A stretch of 64,000 bases of DNA. Source: Antedon mediterranea (taxonomy: Eukaryota > Animalia > Echinodermata). The stretch is taken from the NCBI RefSeq assembly GCF_964355755.1, contig NC_092674.1, positions 27,280,001 to 27,344,000 of the forward strand, in the 5' to 3' direction. This document shows positions 25,049 through 38,100 of this stretch, one piece after another. The position numbers and the translations under genes are program-made. The notes below the pieces were generated by a model. It saw only the letters and a program-made list of their open reading frames with translations, was not told where the DNA came from and ran no database searches. How positions within the stretch are numbered: position 1 is the first letter of the stretch; each line of letters opens with the position of its first letter.

Positions 25049-26583
25049 TGGTAAATTAAAGATGAATAAATATTTATGAAATTTATGCAGTAATAGTAGT
25101 GTCATTTTGTTAAGATGCATTTACTAACACATCGTGGCATACTCATTTACTTCATACTACTGATATTTCAGTTCAGATTATTACATCGGGTTTCTCAAGG
25201 ACTTAGGTTCTGTCTACACTATCAAACTTTTTGTGACAAAAAAATGTGATCACATCACACTTTTTTCTGTCAAACTAGTTTAAGGATTACCACACCCATT
25301 TCCAATTACAAATGTATGGAAAGCGAGATAAATACTATTATGGAAATACATACAAAATACTGATTTGGCCTAAAATTATGGGAAACTCCCAAGAAAAACA
25401 ACCTATGGGCAAATCACCAACCACCACACGACGAAAACTGTATAAACGTCTAATCACAGCGTGGTGGTGCTTTCATGATGCTCAAATCAATTACACAAAT
25501 GTAAAAGTCTGAAGAAACCTATGACAGGGAAAAATTTCATTTCGAAATTCTGTTCAGCAATATTGCTAATCAAACTGATTTTTGATTCGAGAAACATAGT
25601 TTTGTATTGTATTTTTTGCTACACAATTGTACAAATGTGTAGCAATAAGGTTGTTTTGTATAGCTTTTTGCTATGCTACACTGGCAAAATTATTCCCTGT
25701 ATAAGCAGACACAAAATGACGAAACATGAAAAAACTACTGAATTTTTTTTTATGAAGTTGAGACCTTGCTATAATACCAAGAACAACACAACATAAATGA
25801 AATTCCACTGTAATATCAAAGTTTAGAAAATTTACACTTTTCATTAGCTCAAAACTAAAACTGACAATTACGAAGGAGAATTTTTTAACAAAGAAAAATT
25901 AAGTGTCAGTAATTATTGAAGATTAAAATCATTAAATACAGCTTTTAAGAGGATAATGATGGAATTAATAAAATTGATCAAATTTATCCCAAATTTCATG
26001 AAAAGAAAAAAACTACAGTAGTGTATTACCTTCATTTAAGAACAAAGTAGATAACAAAAAATGTTCACAACTGTTTAACCATGGACCAATTTTATAGGTC
26101 CATGGTTTAACAAATATGGTACCTCCCATTATTTATGAACAGGCACAATTTTTTACATCTTTATTCCTTATGTGTTTTTAACACTTCGGAAACAATTGTC
26201 ATAAACAACTAGACTTAGGATTTTTTGTCATTACTTGATGAACTTTGTCCATTCTGACGTATATCATGTTAATACATTGTGCGCAGCTATGCAGGGGACA
26301 TTTGGACCGGGTGTCTTAGTCAATTCCTCGGCTTGGTTGTTTCTAGGTCAAGACAACACCACTTTAAGGTCATTGAAAATTGAAAGATTCCTAATGCTCC
26401 CACTGCTCATCGGATCAAATTTTTTGCACTTTTTGATATACGATATGATGTAGTCTGTTAAAAATAGCACAACATTCATGATCAATTTTTTTTGGTTAAT
26501 ATTTGGACATTGACTCCAGATTTCTATTTCATATTTCATTTTTTAATTAATACCACTGCTTTCAAATCTGTAAATCTCATGAC

Positions 26584-29500
26584 TTAGGCCTCTTTAACGT
26601 CCTCACGCCGCCTTTTGGAACTACGCTCTCTCTCATCATCATGCCTTCGTGAACTAGATAAAAAATAATTATTCAAAATATTAATTTCTAGAAAAAAAAG
26701 AGAATCTTGAAAAATTGATTGTGATTTCTGATAGTGTGTTTACCTTCTAGATGAACGATGTCTTTCTTCTCTTTCACGGTCCCGATCCCTATGCCTTCTC
26801 TCTCTATCTTTTTCTCTATCATGGCTTCTTTCAGATCGCCGTCGAGATTCTCGATCGCTCCTGGAATTCAACAGAATGATCAGTAATATTGTGTGTTGTA
26901 TTGTTAATAACTTGCAATTAGATATTAGTATATATAAGTATAGCTTTCGGTAGTGCAAAATAAGTGCCCTTGAAGCTGCCATTATATTTCAGTGAAAGTA
27001 TGGCACAAATGGCACCCCATACTTTGGTTTACCTTTCTCGATCTCTATCACCACGTTCAGATCTATCACGATCTCTTACTCTTTCTCTGTCATGCTCTCT
27101 ATCTCTGGATCTTTCTCCTTCTCTAGGTTTCCTGTTGCTTCCCTCTTCCAAGTCACTGCCACTGTTTAGTTAAAAAGAAAAAAAAAGTTAATAAATTTTG
27201 TGATTGCGTGTTTAGTTCAAATCTAATTACTGAACATTTTAGCTACAAATATGATCAAACATAATTTCGTCGTCAAACGTCTATTTTACATACATTGTTG
27301 TAAGTAAAATAGAGGTAAAACTGGTTTACCCTTACCTGCTAATATCACTTTCCTCTGAATACCTATGACCAGAAGGTGGCGGTTTGGAGTAGGGAGGATA
27401 GGTACCATGAGGTGGTGGTGGACCAGGACCTGGATGTGTTGGTGGTGGTCCACTGTGTACAATTGGAGGTGGTGGCCCACCGGGAGGTGGTGGTCCATTC
27501 CATCCATTTGGGGGTGGGCCTGGATGCGGTGGTGGAGGTCCACTAAACCTAGGCGGTGGAGCGTAACCTGGATCTACACAAACATTAAAAAGATAACCGT
27601 TTTATTTATATTTTTTAACACAAAATCTATACATACATATATGTACATTTATTTTTATATTAGTGTGCTTACTTCTTGGTATCACTGACAATTTGACAAC
27701 AAATATATAACTACTTACCTCTGAAATAAGGGTCCTGATATCTTGGTGGTGGTCCACCCATGGGTCGTGGAGGTGGCGGTCCCATACCCATTGGTGGTGG
27801 TCCAGAAATGGGTGGTGGCACTGTGTAAAGAAACAGAAATATGATTTATTATACCTGAAGAAATGTTCAATAAATTATTAACAATAAAAGAACTGAGTTT
27901 GTAAATAATTAGCTTGTCTATTTTTTGGTCTTCCCCTCATCATTAGTTTACTATTAAACTTACTTAAATTTGTTATTTTGAAAACCAATTTTTAAAAATT
28001 ATTATTTTTAAAGTAATCTGGGGTCTCAATAATACAAACTTTCTAGTTTCCTGAGACCTCATTTCATCATTTTCTTGAAACACAGTAAATATAATTATTG
28101 TATTTGTATTGTATTAGTAGAATAGAATAGATGGAACATACTTCCATGGGGAGGCCTGTTATCTGGTGGTGGATATGCCATTGGAGGTGGTCCAGACATG
28201 CCTGGTGGAGGCCCATGCATCATTGGAGGCGGCGGACCTAAAACAGGAAAAAACCATTAAATAAATAAAGAACATTTATAAAACCATCACTGACAGTTTC
28301 TCTGCTTATAATTAAAATGAAAAATATATTTAGACAATCATTAACTGAAAACACTTTTTACAAATCATTAAATGAAAACAATTTATACACGAGTACATAC
28401 CTGGCCTTGGGGGTCCAGGCATTGGCGGAGGTCCAGGTCTCATTATAGGCGGTCCTGAGGTTGGTGGCATAGAGTGTGGAGGAGGTGGTCCACCATATCC
28501 AGGGGGAGGCATTTGCATTGGTGGAGGGTGATCTTCTTGCGGAGAATAATTTTCTTCAGTACTGAAAGAGGCAATAATTTCAAGGACAATTAAAGAGTAA
28601 GCCTACAGCAAGTAATCCGACCAATCACGACACGATGGATCATCAGAATCGTTGCTTGTGATTGGTCAACTCACTTGCTTTGCGTCAAAATGAGAACCAA
28701 GCTTAAAGTTATATCTACACTATCAAACTTTATGTGACAAACAAATTTGATGTGCCCATATATGGACATGATGTCATATCACTACTATATTTGGGCATTA
28801 ACCATATTTGGGCACATCACACTTTTTTGTCAAACTAGTTTGATAGTGTAGACAGAGCTTAACTAACAATAAATCATAAATACAATATTAATATATGTAC
28901 TGAACATTTTAAATTGTAACTTACAAGTCTGAACTGTCCTTATGACGACGACGGCTGGACACTGTCGTGATTGTCCCTACTGTCTGTATCGATGAAGGCT
29001 CTTTATCATACGGTTTATTTAAAGATGAATGTGATTTTATTGCTAAATAGTTAAAAAATACAAATCAAAACAGTTTTAAATATTTGATGATGTGTACAGT
29101 TATTAATTAAATATTATATCATATTTTTTGAAGCACATTAAACACTAAAGTACACAACAAGAAATCTACAAGTATTTAACTATTGGGAGTAGCTTTTGTT
29201 TCATTTATTTAAATTTACTAATAACTTAAATAAAGAGGAAGAGCCTAAATGAAAACATAGCTTGTAGTGAATAGGTTTTGTGTCAGGGAGCTAAGTAATT
29301 TATTGGTCAGATGTTTGCCCTACTCTGACATAATTTGTACTTGGTACTAAGTACAAATTGGTAGCTTGGTGGTATAGCGGTATAAACACCTAGTGGTGGT
29401 TGTGGGTTCGAGAAGAATTACTTGCAAACTTTTTCACAATCGGTCTAGTATCATCAAGTACAAATTACGTCAAAATATCTGACAAATTAAGAAATCTACA

Positions 29501-32500
29501 CCTATAAATTGTTGACAGCCAATCGCTAAACTTACATGATATATTATGAATTTCCTTAGACCTCTGTTGTGTTGATACCTTTAAAATAAATAAAATAACA
29601 TTTAATATCATTGTACACATTTTTGCGATTTAATACTTACAGTACATATTGTATTGAGTTATTATATTTTTTACCCCTGACCTATGTATTACTTAAATAG
29701 TTATGCGAGTTATCTAATTTAACAATATTTGACCCCTGACCTATGTATTACTTACATAATTATGAGTGTTATCTATTTTTGATGCGTAAGCTGGATCTGC
29801 ACGTATTCTTTTTTGTTTTTCTCGATATATATTCCAAGTGTCTTCATTAAAACCATAGTTAAAATAATCAGTGATATCCGCACCTGGCAGGCAAATAATA
29901 AAACAGTACCAACTTAGGAGAATGCTCAATTTTTTGAATATTCTCGATATGGTATACAATGTGAACAAAATAAATGTTTTATTACCTCATCTAAAGTCTT
30001 GTTAAAATGAATACACCAAGTCGATCCCCATCCCTTACCAACCTTATTTTAAAGTCCCCATCCCTTGTCAACCTTTAACATTACCTCAAAGTCCCCATCC
30101 CTTGTCAACCTTTGACCTTACCTGGTTTTCTCCAAGGCTTTTCTTCTAATGAATCAATATCAAATGAATATACTGCAGTGTCATTAATAGTTCCTTCAGC
30201 TTCTAAGTCAACACCTTTCACTTGTTTAACTACAATTACAATTATGCGAGAAAACATTAAAATAATTCATATATTTTGCATATTTTTTATGCATGATTTT
30301 CAATGTTTAACTTAGTTTTTAATTTTGTATGAAAAGTGCAAAATTCAAAGACACATCATTCTCATAAATAGTCGCTCAACAACGTTCAGTGCCCTGAATA
30401 GAAGTCTGCTGTAGTTTATAGTAATGCTAAAACATTGTACATTTTCGAAAACCTTGTATTTTCACATACCTGTAGCTGCACCCTTGTAAGAGTTTCGTAT
30501 ATTTACACCTTGGCCATACCTGGGTTTAAAAATAAATTCAAAGACAATTCAGGATTTTACTTGTTTAATTAAAATTATTGTTATTGAACATTATTATATC
30601 AAGAGGCTCTCACTTCTGTTTTGGGCCATTGGCCTATGGTGCCATTTGCCAATGGTTAATAAATAAATATCTTTCTTGTACACAATTGTCACTTTCCACA
30701 CTCTACTCATTATTAATTTATTATTTAACAATTATAGAATGGAAGCTTAATCAGCAATCAAGTCCTACACAGAAAAATTGGAAACTTACTGATATGAAGC
30801 AGGTACTCCTGATTTGATATCTCCTATGGTAACCTGTACGTCATCGTCATCACTATCATCATCACTATCCTCGTAGGCTCCATCATCTTCCTCACCAGGT
30901 ACAGCAGGCTCAACAGGTTCCTACAAGAAGAAAAAGCATAGTGAGATGTGTGCTAGCTGAGTTTAGATACTTTAAACTCCACTATTATAATCTACTACAT
31001 ATTTAGAGACACCTCTGTAACTAGACACCTCTATTAAGAAGACAACCATATTAAGGAGACACCCCTATTAAAAGGACACACCTATAAGGAGACAATCCTA
31101 GCGGTCACTCCTATTACGGAAATACCCCTAATAGAGGAACTAGAAATAAATTTCCCTCCACTATAATCTAAACACATATTTAGGGATACCTCAATTAAGG
31201 AAACACCTCTATTAAGAAGACACCTCTATTAAGAAGACACGCCTATTCAGAAGACACGCCTATTAAGGAGACACACCTATTAAGAGTACACATTGGTGTT
31301 TTAAACGTTAATTGTGATAAAGGTGCACAAGTTTAAGTACTTACTGCTGATAAACTAGGTTTTCTTTCAGGCTCTGCCGTTGTAACTTCAGGTATTGATG
31401 TCCTTGATATTTGACTCACAAATGCTTTAGCATTTGCTGACAGACTACTGTAAAGAAAAAAAAGAAAGAAAGAGTTTGTTAGAGACTTCATGTTACATGA
31501 ATGATTGTTTTTAATGCGTTTTTCATAAAATAATATTACATTGTGCAACACAACAATAAAGTACATTTACAGGAGACATAGAATTTGACAAAGTTATTTT
31601 AACATTTTCTTTACAATATATCATGTTTTTTTTATGAAACAGAACATTTTAAAAAGAAAAAATTGAGATTGCAATGTTGCTTGGAGGGAAAAGTAGGTCG
31701 GTTCACATGATCACACATTTACCAGGGTTGTTAGTTATAAAATTAGTACTGTATTACGTAAAGGAATGGCAAATGTGTAGTTTCGGTTAAGCTGGTGAAA
31801 CATAATAAAATAAGTAGAACACATGATCTAGTCTGGTGTCTGGTGAGTGGCTGAAAATATGACAGTGTGTGTATATTAGTATAACAGTACAGTAATTGCA
31901 TTTAATATCAGAATTATACAATTTTATTTTATCAAACCTGTTTCCTTGGGTTGTTTCATCATCTCTAAAAAGTGACAAAATTTTAACATAAAAGCACTGT
32001 AATGCATGCAATTATATGACGCACTATAAAACCCTTGGGAGAGGTGCATCATTTAAAAATAGTTAATGACATAGAGGTGCATAAAAAAACCTAAATGGTA
32101 CGTCATCTTAATGAACAATGAACACTTTACCACTGCCCAGGTTAGGGAGCTTTTGATCATTAGCAATTGAGTCGTCTTTTAAGGAGCAGAAAAAAAGGAC
32201 AGTCATGGGGCGTCATTTTTCTTTAAAACGTCTGTCAGTCATTTTAAAAAGGGTGTGTCAAATCGTAACATTTGGGCATCATACAATTGAAAAAGCATTA
32301 TTCATATATCTTTTTCAAACAACTAAAAAAACTTGGGGCGCAGGAGGCATTTACATGCATTGATTGCAAATCCAAATAAATTGACAAAGTAATATTTATT
32401 AATGTATACTTACTCATCATTAACTTTAACAGCCTCCTCTTCGCTTTTTTCTTCACCATCTACCAAGAAATTGATATTATAATTATTAGTAATTAACTTA

Positions 32501-33024
32501 AACTAAAATTAATAAACCCAATCTGCAAAATCTTATGCCAACCATGATCAGTGGAAACAAATACTGTTTGGTCCTTGTTGGACGGAGAAGAAGATTTTCA
32601 AAATAAATTCACTTAATTTATTTCATTTTTTATTATGTTGCAAAATAATATACATTATGCAAAACATTATCTACTATCTACTTCATTATTCTATTTGAAC
32701 CCGTATTTTTAAAGATTTGTTTATTTCAAAGTATGTAGGCCTACATGATCACTTCCTATTTCTCTGAAAAAAACGTGACTACAACAGACCGTGCGTGGTT
32801 TGCAAAAAGCAACAAACAGACGCAACAAAAAAGATAGGCCTAACAAATTTTGATGATTTTTAAGTTATTACTTCAGAATATTATATTGTAACTTAAACAT
32901 TAAATATACCCTAAAATGTATTCTTTACGTTGCAAAATAAATTATAACGTATAAATGAATGCTACATCTTTAATAAATGAAATGAATTACCTCCGTATAA
33001 CCACGAGTCCTCGTCGTCAGCCAT
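26584..33024 (-). CDS. FIP1L1: Pre-mRNA 3'-end-processing factor FIP1, about 16 exons
   Basis: Start [11 protein letters not shown] at 33024. Acidic [18 protein letters not shown]; Fip1 core [31 protein letters not shown]; Pro-rich exons; RD/RE/RS tail ending RRREDVKEA*. Confidence 0.93.
28708..28859. mobile_element. Representative of a high-copy ~150-bp Harbinger/Tourist-like MITE (about 15 copies in the window)
   Basis: TIR AGCTCTGTCTACACTATCAAACT, flanked by TAA/TTA. Copies or fragments at about 16522, 19115, 20450, 23323, 24130, 25206, 28708, 35925, 36410, 38337, 42400, 44547, 45912, 46082, 60361 and 60714. Confidence 0.9.
29360..29415 (+). repeat. tRNA-derived fragment (probable SINE head)
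   Basis: TGGTGGTATAGCGGTA (A-box-like) ... GGGTTCGAGA (B-box-like) with no complete cloverleaf. Confidence 0.35.
30975..31290. repeat. Degenerate ~18-bp ACACCTCTATTAAGGAG tandem array (transposon-derived minisatellite)
   Basis: More than 10 imperfect GACACC(T/C)CTATTAAG(G/A)A units in a FIP1L1 intron; a similar motif occurs at about 46200. Confidence 0.75.
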
Positions 33025-33699
33025 ATTTGTTTTGTTTGGGGTCAAAGTTGAGGGAGAAAAAAAAGTTGATTTTGCATGTGTTTTGTGTTGATGGTTTTGT
33101 AGAAAAAGACAGTGGGCTGAGGTAGGTAGTAATTCGCTCTTACTTCTACCTACACGAGATATTAAACTAGCTGCCGGACATGATAATAATTTTATAGATT
33201 AAATGGTGATAAAAACGTAGTTTGTGAGAAAGATGATATGCTGACCTGTGAGCCTGAATTGTTGATGAATGAGTGCAGAACCCCTGCCTGGCTGGTGGTG
33301 GTGGTACAATAGTAAATACAGTACCTACCTGCTAGCTAGCTAGGCTCTATAGTACTAGTAGTATAGGACTACTGTAGCTATAAAATTACATGATTGCTGC
33401 AAGGTAGTCAAACTGGCCGGAAATATCCTAATAATACTAGATCACATATATATTTTTAATCGCGATTTTTAATATTATGACCTAACCTATCAAAATCATT
33501 ATTCGCGTTTCTTCGGCAAAAGTTTCTTTTTCTACATATAACTTTTAAAATTTATAGTTAAAATTTTTTTCTGCAAAAGTTTCTTTTTCTACATATAATT
33601 TTTAAAATGTATCTTTAACATTTTTTCTCTGGATTTCAAACTGAAAATATATTCTTCATTCTTCTTCCACAGGCAGGTCATTCAAAGAGAGGAGTTAGG

Positions 33700-34754
33700 A
33701 TGGCCGCTGTGACATGCACGATTCGAATGTTCTGTTCTAAAAGACTTGGTTTTAGTAAATGTCTGTCAAAATATACAAAACCTTCCTGGCAATATCTTTT
33801 ATCAAAAGACCCGCACAATAAATATGTAAAAACTACACTCTTCCATTGGTGTCCAACTTACGAACCAAAGAAAAGGTTATTTTGTAGCAAAATACCACTT
33901 GATTTGGACAGTGATACCAGTGCCCCCTTGCCAGAGGAGAGAGGCTCTAAAAGGAGGGATAACAAGAATACTGGTGTAAAGGTTTTTGAGAGCGTTGGAA
34001 AATTTATTCCGCACGACATCTTAGATTTAATGATTTCCGATGATCAAACACATGTTGGAATTACTCGAAAGGAAGCCATGAAACTTAAAGAACAATCCAA
34101 CTTAAAACTGGTATTAATTAACAGTAGATCAAAACCAAATCCTTTGTATAAATTGATGTCCGGACGTGAACTCCACCAGGAGAGAATGAAAGCGAAAGAA
34201 GTCCAGGAAAAAGAGAAGAAACCAACAGAGACTAAGGAAATGACGATATCGGAGAACATTGGACAACACGACCTGGAGACTAAGAAGAAGCAGATCAAGA
34301 ATTGGATGGAGAACGCTGAACATCAATATCATGTCCGAGTGACAGTGATGCACAAACGGTCTGCAAAGACACCGACTACAGAAGATGACAAGGTAATTTC
34401 AGTTTTACTTGGTTACTCATACCGTTTAACTAGTTAGTCATGCCGTTTACTTGATTAGTCATGTCGTTGACTTGGTTAGTTGTCCCATTTACTTGGTTAG
34501 TCACACCGTTTACTAGATTACTTGTGCCATTTAACTGGTTATTCACGCCGTTTACTTGTTTAGTCATCGTTTAATAACATCTCTTTATTTATTTTCAGAT
34601 GAAAATCATCAATGACATTTTACGTGGATTAAACGAAATTACTATTAACGGACCACCAAAGAAATGTGGACGAAACGGAGACAGCATACGAGTAACGTTG
34701 CGACACATGTCTGCTAAAGAAAAGCTTAAGCAAAAGAAGGAAAACGAAACCTAA
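33700..34754 (+). CDS. MTIF3: Mitochondrial translation initiation factor IF-3, 2 coding exons
   Basis: Exons 33700-34392 and 34599-34754. Basic N-terminal presequence; IF3-N-like HVGITRKEAMKL..LKLVL..PLYKLMSG; IF3-C-like KEMTISENIGQHDLETKKKQIKNW..VRVTV. Tail-to-tail with GTF3A, as in human. Confidence 0.88.
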
Positions 34755-34897
34755 CATGAAATGCAATTTAATTTGTAATAAAATAGTTACTATTCAAGTT
34801 TAGTACAGTATCTGTCCGAGGTTTGACAGTGGAAATTGTGGCTAGAGTTTATTTAAAGGTCCAACGTAACCTGGTCAATGCATACAATTGCAAGGAC

Positions 34898-34983
34898 TGG
34901 ACACACTACAGTAGTTATAATGTGTACACTCTACCGTAGTTATAATGTGTACACTCTACCGTAGTTATAATGTGTACACTCTG
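34898..34983. repeat. 25-bp tandem repeat, about 3 copies, between the MTIF3 and GTF3A stop codons
   Basis: GTAGTTATAATGTGTACACTCTACC repeated. Confidence 0.85.
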
Positions 34984-35153
34984 TATGTTTTCCTATTCAT
35001 TATGAGACATAATAATAAATTTAAGTCAAGTACAACATGCATAGATTATTTTTTATTGAACATTCTTGTTTATACAGTAATTATTTCATATTTTATACAT
35101 TATTCAAATGTTGGATATTTTTAAAATGTATATAACTTAAAATAACATAAATA

Positions 35154-38100
35154 CTATTGGCATTGGATACTTTCCAAAATATGTAATGCTAAGGAACTTT
35201 GTACAGGCTCTTCTGTAAAAAAATTGTCATCTGTGGTTACGTTTTCAGTCGTCCGTTCATTTATCTGATTTGATTCATTCCCAGATTTCATCTCGACATT
35301 CGTAACAATCTGTTTGGTATCATCAATGTCCATTGCATCAGGAACATCTAAATTAAAATCAATTTAGGTGATCAATATTTAAACATTCAAAATAAACAAT
35401 TACAGTACTGTGTTCATTTGAGAATTTATTTATGAAAACTAAATAATCAGTTACCTTCTATCTGGCTATTTGTACAGTGACCTTCTTCTACCTGGCTATC
35501 TGCACAGTGACCTTCTTCTACCTGGCTATCTGCACAGTGATCATCTTCTACCTGGCTATCTGCACAGTGACCTTCTTCTACCTGGCTATTTGTACAGTGA
35601 CCTTCTTCTACCTGGCTATTTGTACAGTGACCTTCTTCTACCTGGCTATTTGTACAGTGACCTTCTTCTACCTGGCTATTTGTACAGTGACCTTCTTCTA
35701 CCTGGCTATTTGTACCGTGACCTTCTTCCTGGCCATTTGTACAGTGACCTTTGACCTGCATTGTATCTTCAGGAGCGACCGATGTAGTACAATTGACGGT
35801 TTTATGCTTATGAATATAACTTACGACACCACTTATTTTGGATGCAGTTGATCGTTGTTTCCTCGGCTGAAATTAATGACAACATTATGTTATTACTGAA
35901 ACTACTTTTCTGTAAAGTGGTCTAAAGCTCTATCTGCACCATCAAACTAGTTTGACAAAACTTGTGTGATGTGCCCAAATATGATATAAATATTATTTGG
36001 GCACATCACACAAGTTAGTGATATGACCAAATATGGTAGTGATATGACAATCATATCCATATATGGCCACATCACATTTTTGTTGTCACAAAGTTTGATA
36101 GTGTAGATAGAGCTTTATACAAATAGTTATATTACAGTACTATGATTAAGATTTGAACCTGCTAGTTTTATATACTGACCTTTGGTTGTGGTTTTACATA
36201 TCCTGGCCTATGTACAATTTGGTGTTTTTCCAATGACACTTTATGGGCAAACGTTTTAGTACAGTTCTCATGACTGCAAGCAAATGGTCTAGCGCCCTCA
36301 TGGTAGTTATCGATGTGCATTTGTAAATATATCAACTATGGAAACAAAATCAATCCATCAAAAGTTATAAAGGACTGTTCACACTATTGTCGTCGTGTGA
36401 TGACATAAGATCTGTCTACACTATCAATACACTAAGTTTCATAAAAAAAGTGTGATGTGCCAAAATATGGTAGTGATATGCTCAAATATGGTAGTGATAT
36501 GACATAATCATGTCCATACTGTATATGGGCACTTCACACATTTTTTGTCACATAAAGTTTGACAGTGTGGACAGAGCTTTAGACTGTGCTACATTATATT
36601 CTACTCGTTTCCTAGCATTCTTCAGAAGACATTCTCAATTTCCTTTTGGAAACATGGTGTTTTGCAAACCTGACATTAAAGATATATTGTCCCCCTAACA
36701 AAATATTTTTTTTTATTTTTTTGTTGAATATGTTATTTTAATGTCAAATAATAGTTATTCACACTCACAAAAAATTGGGTCTGAAAAAAATTGATTTACC
36801 TGAGAAAAATGTAATTTAAAGCAAAAAATGGTCAAATTGTCTGGAAGACAATGAGTTTTTGGGTAATTTAACTGTTTATTTTGTCTTTTTATAGGTGAAA
36901 TAATTTTTTTCCCCCCTTTTTTTTTCATTAAAACTGCAAAATGGCCTATTCAAAGTCCGATTTTAAAAATCTTTATTTTTCATGATTTTGGGGACAATAC
37001 ATCTTAAAAGTTATCTATATCTTTCTATTTTTGTGTGTGAACAAAGTGTTAATAATACCCTTGTGTACGTTCTACCACAGCCATCTCTTGGACATTGAAA
37101 CACGTCAACCCTCTCAGTGTGAACACGTTCATGTAAGCGGAGCTATAACAAACAAGGCTATGTTAAAATATGTGTGCTATTATAGAGATATTAATATAGT
37201 GATCTCTATGGTGCTATACAGTAGTTTCATATTAAAATGTTTACAAACAAAAATAATAAAAGTAAATTTATCTTACTTTATGCTTTTTCTTAAATGTTTT
37301 TTCACACATGCTGCATTTTAATACTGAAAAAAAAAAAAAAATCTTTATTATGCAGGAGCAGCATAGGCATAGATTCACTAGAACTTGGAATTCCATACCC
37401 AATGAGATTCGTGATATTTTTGTTAATGGTTCATTTATTAATTTTAAATTATCTCTAAAGCTATATTTTAAATGTCGGAGAGAAACTTTTTAACTTTTTA
37501 AATGAAATGATATGTCTACTATATTAGTATATATTCTTGTTATTTGTTATTTATGTGTTGGAGAGACACACCTTACCGGTGACAGCGTTTTGTTTAATGC
37601 TTTTGTCTTTCCTCGGCCTCGTGTCTTGTATTTCATATATATATTTCTATGTTTTTTTTGTAATTATTATTTTATGTTTATTGCCGAAATGAATAAAATA
37701 AAATAAATAAATAAAATAGGGACAAATAGAAAAACTGCTCTTTACTTTATAATATTTTAGTTTTATTATTATCATATTTTTCCATCATTAACACCACTAA
37801 TTGTTATTTAAGACAGAGTCGAGACATAAAATATTGTAGGGACAAACTGTGTCAAGTGAAAAGTTATTTATAAATGACTGCTGGGAACGACAGCTTTTGA
37901 TTTTGACAAGCTCTCACCTTCAACATGGTCTGTGCTCAGATGCTTTCTTAGCAAGGACCAGGATGTGAATATTTCACTACAACCATCTTTAGGACAATTT
38001 CGTCCTATAAAAAAAAAACAATACCAATTTGTAATTTTCAATAAATTTAATAAAATAAATATATATTGATAAATAAATATAAATATATACTGTACATACA

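Noticed and set aside
25046-25054. MMAA TGA followed by TGG TAA as possible readthrough or selenocysteine
   Set aside because: The protein is complete at this point and no SECIS-like element was recognised downstream.
35470-35851. Plus-strand repetitive ORFs (SDLLLPGYLY; TFFYLAICTV)
   Set aside because: Alternative frames of the 30-bp minisatellite. Only the minus frame is continuous with GTF3A exons.
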